Shown piece by piece: positions 39,871 through 47,662 of a stretch of 47,662 nucleotides of DNA (the first letter of the stretch is position 1; each line of letters opens with the position of its first letter). Source of the DNA: Amoeboaphelidium protococcarum X5 (lineage: Eukaryota; Fungi; Aphelidiomycota). The notes below the pieces were generated by a model, which saw nothing but the letters and a program-made list of their open reading frames with translations, did not search any database and was not told where the DNA came from. The stretch covers positions 1-47,662 of the forward strand of contig JALDTO010000256.1 of assembly GCA_023515725.1 (NCBI GenBank), read 5' to 3'. The position numbers were made by a program, and so were the translations under genes.

Positions 39871-41703
39871 TCAATTTTAGCATTAGAGGCCTTATTGAAT
39901 ATGATTCTAAACCAGTTCCAATGCAGCACCTAGAGACCATCCAGTCTCGATGCCGTTAATCTTCTTTCTGATTATCAATTTCTATCTCAGATCCAAGCCA
40001 TATCCAGTATGTAATAAGTGGAAGATATAAGTGAGATCCAGACAAAGCTCAGGCATGTACTTTCCAAGCTTTGAATTTAAAGTCTTCTTCTAACTGTCTG
40101 TCATCAGAGACATTGCATGAGAGATAAACTCATCACGACCCCCGAAATGAGACCATAAATGATCAGAAATACCGATGGAGGATACTGATTTGGGATTACA
40201 GATAACATGTGCCAACTACTAGACATCTCTTACCGTCCACTCGGCATGGGAATCTTTATCAGAGTCTAGGTGAAGTATCATTCTAGTCTTGTCATAAAAG
40301 TAGGAGAAGGCGTACAATTCCGCACCATCCAAGTCTGTAAAAGATTATTATAAATGAGGCTAGAAGATACCATTGAATGAACATGATGCGGGCTGGTAAG
40401 TGCAAGTCTTCTTATCAAATAATCTCCTGATAATATCGCTGCATTACTCAAAAGATTTTTAATCACTCTTTGCTCCAACCATTAATATAGGGCTCTTTTA
40501 ATTCTATGATTGTTTTACAATTTCAGTGTAAGACTCTGGCATACACGGATTGATGAACACTGCCTGAATGATAACGCCATCAGATTTAGAACCTAAAGAG
40601 GCAGTATATTTCTTGACCAAAGCTTTGTCTTTTACCTGCAGAGAAGGGGTGTCAATAACTATTTTATTGACTTGCTTGCGAGCCTCCATGAGACCATAAC
40701 CAAGATAGCTGTACTGATACAGGACAAAATCGCGATTACTTATCACCTTTTCTTCATAATAATCTCCACATGCGTCATTTTATTTAGGATCTCTAACTAT
40801 ATTCAATGGTGGGACTGAACACTGCGGTTCAATCGATGTAATCAGAGATGGATCATGAAAGTTGGGCTGGAATACAATCTACGTAGATCCACCACCAAGA
40901 TCCATTATACCAATAGTCGCTTATCTTTATAATGCTTACTAACCTGCAGATTCATTCAACTTTCCCATTAAAAAATTCACAGTCATCCAGGCATATAGAG
41001 CCTCATCTTTTCCATCCATGATCCCCACTGCATTACTGTTACTACCACCATCTGATGCGACCGGATTATGGACCTCTTTCATCATATAAAATGGCCACTC
41101 TGATCTCAAATACTAATCTACAGCTTTCAATATCGTATCTGCTTTATTTCCCTCCAACAGCCGAAGTCCAGCGGTGGCTCTAACAATTAGAGGTGTACAC
41201 GACTACTTATGCTTGGGTATATCATTCACAGCCGCTTCAAGCAAAGGCTTAAGACTAAGAGCAGCCAGTCGAGGATCATCGCTGTAGTGAGACAGGCCAG
41301 GTGTAAGGTAATCAAATGTCTCATTCAGGAGACGCAGCGAAGCATTGTCGTTTACACAAAACTTGTACACGTGTATTCTAGAGCCAGTGGAACCAGCGTC
41401 TATTACAATGCCATAGGTAAGTTCGCTGCACTTGTTCTCCTCTGAATATAATGATTAAAGCCTTGTTTGGAGTGGAGAGTAGTATTTAATAAAAGTCATC
41501 ATAGAAGTTCCAATCTTGAGCCAGTAAAAGATTACCAGCATGGCGACTATAAGAGATAACATCTTGTAGGTGAAAAAGTTCTAGAATCCGTATCTCCGCT
41601 ATTTCGCTTGTCGCTATTACTAGTGTCCTTCTGATGACATACTATTAGAGTCAATCTATATAGCCTCTTTGGAGGAGGACTTGCGATGTTGAATTACGCT
41701 CAT
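39871..41703 (-). CDS. GDA1: GDA1/CD39-family nucleoside diphosphatase, type II membrane (610 aa)
   Basis: All five apyrase regions: IVIDAGSTGSRIHVY, ATAGLRLL, MDGKDEALYAWMTVNFL, DLGGGST[TAG]IVF, GWSLGA. Single N-terminal TM. Confidence 0.95.
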
Positions 41704-44219
41704 ATTACTGTATGTGCAATATTATCAACAAGCTGTATTCAAAACAATAAAGAAGAAAGAGAGAACATTTTCTCAATATCAATGCTTTAGTTAACAGAAG
41801 ATTGAAACATTAATAATTAAAATAAATATCTTTATGAGTACTTGAACCTGTAAAGAAGGCTATTTCGTTTTATCGTATATATTAAATGCAATTGTGGATG
41901 TAGATCATACCCCTGAGACATCGAAAATAGGAATCTACCGAAAAAATTTTCGTAGTTACGAATGTAGTGCTGTTAAGCTTGGTATTTAACCTCAATGAGA
42001 AAGAGAAGATTGATAATCAAGATCTGTGTCACTACCAGTGATCAGCCTACCATAAGAGGCTTCTCTAACTACATTGTTACACGACTAGTCAGATGGCGTA
42101 GACTAACACAACTCAAATTCCAATTTGGGGGGCATGTCGCTGCGCGCCATGCTACGGCTTTGGATTCATCCAGTCAAAAGTTGTGTATATACAGTAGATT
42201 GCGATTAGTTAGACTGATTGATATGAGTGTTATATTCTACTAAACGTTTATAGTTTACGTGACAACATGTGCAGTTATTGCTTTGTGATGACAACACACG
42301 ATAGAGTGAACAAAAGCTAAAACGTTTCAACTGCGTGCAAAATTCCTGCAAATATACACCAGCTAATATTGATTGCATCTTGTCAGTTTCACATATAATA
42401 TCAGCTTAAGACGAGGCATGTGTCGTCATGACTTTCTGTTTAGTTTTTGGCGATCCTTTTAACATGTTGGCAGCCGTACCAGATTTTCGAGTTCCAAGAC
42501 ATAGTAGTTTCAGACTGACGAAGACTTTCAGTACTGTGCGTTAATTGTTTAAATGATGCGTTAGTTTGTAAAGAGCGGAAATGCATGACTGTTCTATGCT
42601 ACTATACTAATTTATGTCAGGACGTATTAGACCTTTTTACAGAGGGACTATATAAGACGCGATTTAGATTGAGCTTATGGCTGAGTTTGGTATGTTCTGT
42701 ACCATTTGTTCATTTTGGTTACGCTATATACTCAAAGTCACTGCACGGCATATTGCCAGCCTTTATTTCGGACTTCTCGAGTGAATACCGCAGCAGAGTT
42801 TACTTCACGAATTCTTTTTACACATAGAAAGTAATAGCTAGTTAAAATCCTATGATTATTATAGTCTGCATTTTTATTACGCATTGTGAAGTTAACGCGT
42901 CTGCGCACTAACCGCGATCTTTGGCATTAATTTTTTCTGGCACTTCGAGATTGAAATACTTAATCGTCGCGCAAGCTATTAGGGAAACTTGAAGATACTT
43001 CATACTCATAAGCGTTTCAACCATTATAAATTCATCTTTTACAAGTAGCTGAATCACTCGATTAGCCTTCTACTGATCATATCTATAGTGATTTGGGACC
43101 ATCACCGTTTAATGAAAGCAGCTCAGCTGCGCGGCTCGAAAGGCCAACAAGTACGGTGTCTCCACCGAGCCTGGGCAACTCTTTACGCGCCCAACATAAT
43201 CTTATTCTGCTTTTTTAAAAAGATAGTTTTTATATCCTCCCATACTATGTCTACTAAAACTGCTCGGGGATGGCGAGTTTCATCACGAGGCTTCTCCGGG
43301 ACTTTTTCAGTTTGATAATTTTCCTACTAAGCTGACTGTCAACATTCTCCTTATTTAGCCTCACAAGCGCTTCAATTCAACTTATGCCATGTTCAACATT
43401 ACTTTCACAAGCCAAATTTTTAAAATAGCATCTATATCAATTCACGCCAGTATCGTCAGAAGCTACTGTCCTCAAGCGGCAATGTAGACTAAGTGGTTAA
43501 AGCGATTGGGCTCTTTTACGCGGTTATAGCACCAGCATTAACGTGCTGTGAAGATACTTTTTTCCTATCACAGGTGGCTATAATGCAATGTGTAATTACA
43601 CTTTAGACATTTGTCGCGGCTGGCGGATCAAATAAGAATCGGCACAGCATTGTGCTATTTTTGTTGCAGATTTTTGATCATGGCAATAGAGCTAGCTTCT
43701 TAGCACATGCTTATCACGTAATTGCTCGTGGCATATTAAATTCGTAGCCTCAAGACTTATAACCAAAATGACAAGTGCAACTGCTGAAGATATACAATTT
43801 AAATTGGTTGTATTTTTGAAGAAATCAAGAAGTGTTGTACCGTCAGTTACCAAGCCCAGTTCAAGGTGCACTCAATTCTATAAACGAATCGATATCACGC
43901 AATCTCAGCTACAATTGTAAGTAAAAAGGCAGTGCACTTAACTGTATAAACTGTACTGGTAAACTTAGAGCTTGACGAAGAAAAGAAAAATTTTAACAAT
44001 CAGACTGAAAATTCAGTGTAACGTTAAATTAGCGTGACATGTTATGCGAAACTTAATTGGCTAATGAGCTTAAAATTCGTGTGACCGCGTGAGTTTACAG
44101 ACAGACAAACGGAATTAAACGGGGGTAATACTTTGGATGAATCCAAAGAACACTACTTCATTTTACCTTTTTGCGCGTTATATTATTTTTGAATCACCAA
44201 TATATTTCTGATATTTGAT

Positions 44220-44681
44220 ATGAATCCGTTTGAGAGTTATATGCTTTGTCCGTGTTGCGGAAGACCGCTGGTAAATGAGCACAACGTCGGTATTTTGAGA
44301 CGAAGAATTCTGGCCAGTGGCGCAGCTTTTGGAGTGGCAGGTGCCGCAGCGTTACCTCTGCTAGGATTTGGTTTAGGTGGCATTTCCGCAGGTAGCTTTG
44401 CAGCTTGGATATAAGGGCCAGCGATTGCCGCAGGAAGTGCTTTTGCCATACTGTAGTCTCTAGGTGCCACTGGAATGGGTATTGTTTTGTTTGGCAGCAT
44501 CGGTTCAGCAGTGGGATTGATTTTGCCATTGGCTGGCAGTTTAGGCTGGTGTACGTGCCACTCAAATACTAACGATGACTGTGCTAAGAGTAATAAGAAT
44601 ATCGTTGAAAACAATCAGCCTGACTCTAAAAAGGTTGGTGATCCTACGTGTGAAGGCTCTGATTTGAAAACTACACAGTGA
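44220..44681 (+). CDS. Ifi-6-16 (IFI27/ISG12) family small membrane protein (153 aa)
   Basis: LPLLGFGLGGISAGSFAAWI[TAA]GPAIAAGSAFAIL[TAG]SLGATG matches the ISG12 motif, including its LQSLGA. Two track ORFs join in frame. Confidence 0.85.
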
Positions 44682-44957
44682 AAACTACGCAGTAAAACCA
44701 TAATGAGAATTTGCGCTTTGAATTAACCCAGTTTAATAAAGACTTGATTTAATCAGATGCAATGTTTAAGCAAAGAGGAATTCCTCTTGTGATTTTCACT
44801 TTCATATTTTCTACAAAGTTTGCCCACCTTTTACTTTTAACGGTAGACGTTGTTTCGTTGTTTATTGATATGATGTTTATACGGCAAAATTAATGCATTC
44901 AATCTAAAACTCAATATTGTATTTGTCAAAGTATCACAGGATACACCATCATCATCA

Positions 44958-46346
44958 TCATTGAGGACAGGTTATAAGGGATGCAGACGCGTACACATTG
45001 TAATTGGTTCTGGCTCTAAATTGCACCCAATCGTCTGGAAGACTATTGATTTGCAAGTCAAAATGAACATCCATACCTACTTCATTCTTATCTGACTGGC
45101 CATTATTGAAGTAACACCACAGTCCTTCATCTGGACACTGATCTCCTATCACAACTGTGAGTTCACTGAGCGTTGATACTATCTGGCGATCAGCTTCTGG
45201 TTTCTTGCCACCATAATCTTGGTTGATGCGGCCTTTAGGTGTTATACGCCAGCAGGTGTTGCCATAATTCTTTTTCCAGTAGTTGAGACCGATAGCTGCC
45301 ACTGCCATTCCATTAATCTTACCTGGACGCCAAGCACAAGATGTCGGAGATCCAGACTTTTCGTACCACGTGATTGAAGCCTCCAAATTCGAAGCTGGAC
45401 TAGTATTAGGTTTATCTAAACATTAAGAATGCCCAAACCAATGCTAGTTACCCGATTCCTCAGCAGTGGGAAATCGTGTCTTGCCATAGCGATTAGCTTC
45501 AGTGCCATTATTGCCAGTTTACTACTATTCTGGATATGAAGGAGGATTTGGGGTAGGCACTTATGGTTGTTAGTCTTGAGGTGGCTACTCATCCGGCTTT
45601 GGGACTTATTACTATTCTTATTCTTATTATTACTGCTGTTATTATTACTCTACGCTTCCGGTTTTCTCTCCTTGTTAAACCGGCGGAGGAGTCGATGGAG
45701 CTGGGACATCAGGACTTTACTACTCTGGAACTTACTCAGGCGTAATCGGCGCAGGCTGACCATCTGGCAGATTGTTATTAGCGTCACCACCTCCATTACC
45801 AAAAAAGTTGCTGAAGAATGGAAATCCTGATAGGAAATTCATCTAAGCAGGAGGCTGAGCGACATTAGAGGATTATTATGGAGTAGGACTCGGATTCGGA
45901 GCAGTGGGTGGTAGAGGTGCCTTAGGAGACGCTGCTTTCTGTGTAGGCTGCATTTACGTATAGGAAGGCGAGTTGCCAGATGATGGCGCGCTTTAACCGG
46001 ATTGAGGCTTAGGAGGAGCAGGAGCAGGAGAAGGATTGGTAGCCGGTTGACGCGGTGTAGTGGGAGGCGGACTTGCTTTCGGCGGACATACGTACGGCCT
46101 AGGCATTTGGGCCGACCCTTTAGCAGCTGATTAACATTAATCTTCGAGACTCTGGCACTGATTACGCATGGACTCAGAGAAGGAGAGACAATTCCAGCAC
46201 TTTTGAGCAGATTGCTAGCGACATCTTTAATGGAGAGCATTATCCCAGGCACCTTGTTGCTTCTTGTTCTGATTATTTTGAGGTAGAGATTGGACTGTAC
46301 ATTACTGACTTATTAACACGGCGGATATTAAGATTTCGTATTTCAT
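44958..46346 (-). CDS. Secreted protein: Cys-rich N-module, Pro/Gln-rich stalk, C-terminal GH45-B/C or expansin-like double-psi beta-barrel (462 aa)
   Basis: Signal-like MKYEILISAVLISQQCTVQS/LP. C-domain ITWY..SCAW..VAAI..TCWRITPKG..LTVVIGDQCP..LWC..NEVGMDVHFDL..ITCP. Frame read fully open; ends in four TGA codons. Confidence 0.8.
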
Positions 46347-46655
46347 GGCTTTATATATGTGTCTTGTTAAATTGTCAAGAGAAGAGTGGTATTAGTAGGT
46401 ACTACCGTGGCACTATTAGATTTTGTGATCAGATTGGTCTGTTATAATAGGCTCTGTGGGGCACTCTGGGTTACAATTGTCACTGCGCCTGACCAAGCTG
46501 ATCACCTGAGCTTTAAGACTTTCATTGATAGTTCGACTCGACTATGGTATATATTTGGGATTCACTGATAACAGCGTAAAAGTGAAGATGGCAAGATAAA
46601 AGCTAATAAGTAAAACTAAAATATATTCATTATTGATTAGAACGTGTCAACACAA

Positions 46656-47662
46656 TCAGTAAGAAGGCTTATTCTTCTTCGCGTCCGCCTTCACATCATC
46701 CTCACAGTCCTCATCTTTAGGCTTTGGAGGTTCCTCCTCGCAGTCTTCGTCCTTTGGCTTCTAGACTGGCTTCACGGTGAGAGGAGCTGGAGCGGTGCTG
46801 TTAGCAGGCTTCACTTGAGGGGCTGGCATAGTGCTATTAGCAGGCTTGGTTGGCGCAGGCTTTGCTGGGGCTGGCATAGGAGCTGGCTTCGCTGGAGCTG
46901 GCATAGTGTTATTAGCAGGCTTTGCAGGGGCTGGCATAGGCGCTGGTTTTGCAGGAGCTGGGGCTGGCTTTGGGGCCACTGGAGCTTTCTTTGGCTCATC
47001 CTCCTCACAATCTTCATCCTTCTTGTTTTTATGCTTAGGCTTACATTCTTCGCAGTCCTTGTCATCCTTCTTGTGCTTTGGCTTTGGCTTGCAGTCTTTG
47101 CAGTCCTTGTCACCCTTGGCCTCATCTTTAGGAGGAGATGGCTTTGGCATTGGTTATGGCATCGGCATAGCAGGCTTAGTTGCATTTACAGCGGGAGTTG
47201 GAGCGACCGGTTTAGGCATAGGAGCAATTGGTTTGGTAGCTGGAGGCACAGGTGCAGCAGGCATAGTCTGATTAGCAGGAGGCATCGGTGCTACTGGCTT
47301 TGGAGCTGCAGGCATAGGCGCTGGTGGCTTAGGAGCAGCGGGCATTTAACCTGGCATTGGCTAAGGTGCTGCAGGCTTCGGGGCCGCAGGCATAGGAGCT
47401 GGTGGCATAGGGGCTGGTGGCTTTGGAGCGGCAGGCATTTGTCCAGGATTTGGCATAGGCTAAGCAGGCATAGGTTACGCTGGTTTTGGTTACGCAGGCA
47501 TAGGCTTATCAGGCATTGGCATTGGCATAGGCTGAGGTTTTGGTTAACTAGGATTAGGCATTGGCATTGGCATTGGCTACGCAGGCATCGGCTTACCTGG
47601 ACCTCCTGGACATTGGTAAGGCGGAGGCATTTAATCACGACCAGAACATGCTCTCTGACATT
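46656..47662 (-). CDS. Pro/Met/Ala-rich repetitive protein with K/D/E/C-rich blocks, probably secreted (5' end outside the window)
   Basis: Open to TGA 46656 with TAR=Gln. Repeats MPAAPKP, PMPAPAKPA, KDCKDCK and DEDCEE. Begins with a Cys motif shared with the neighbouring gene. Confidence 0.85.

Noticed and set aside
43246-43272. Minus-strand peptide HPRAVLVDI resembling tubulin PRAVLVDL
   Set aside because: Flanking sequence shows no tubulin similarity and the frame is closed by TGA on both sides; treated as chance.
44194-44614. Minus-strand ORFs, one with a signal-like start (MFSTIFLLLLAQSS)
   Set aside because: Antisense to the IFI27-like gene; the Pro/Ala richness mirrors Gly/Ala codons on the coding strand.

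Overview
Compact eukaryotic (fungal-lineage) genomic DNA with about 24 protein-coding genes in 47.7 kb and ten short GT-AG introns (52-73 nt). The supplied ORF track is fragmented because this genome does not use the standard code. TAA and TAG fall repeatedly at invariant glutamine positions of conserved proteins, and every complete gene ends in TGA (translation table 6). Fungal-type genes (copper-fist TF, Boi1/Pob1-like, Sch9/Ypk-type kinase, Atg22, Mic12) combined with this code point to an aphelid such as Amoeboaphelidium protococcarum; this is an inference from established knowledge, not a database match. Read with TAA/TAG=Gln, the window encodes beta-tubulin (partial), an RRM protein, a Kelch/IPT membrane protein, an Atg22-like MFS transporter, a MARK/Kin1 kinase, an SH3-SAM-PH protein, a DH-PH RhoGEF, a 2-TM orphan, a FYVE-less LST2 homolog, a C2-AGC kinase, a KNL1/Spc105-like protein, a long protein with an apparently dead kinesin motor domain, AtuA ending in SKL, a secreted orphan, a USP, an NTF2-like protein, MTAP, Mic12-like, a copper-fist TF, XPF/Rad1, GDA1, an IFI27-like protein and two tandem Pro-rich proteins that share a Cys module, one with a GH45/expansin-like head. 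No RNA genes, CRISPR arrays or recognisable mobile elements were seen. All translations were done by hand. Most frames were read in full; the longest (RhoGEF, KNL1-like, pseudo-kinesin, XPF, GDA1) were spot-checked for TGA.
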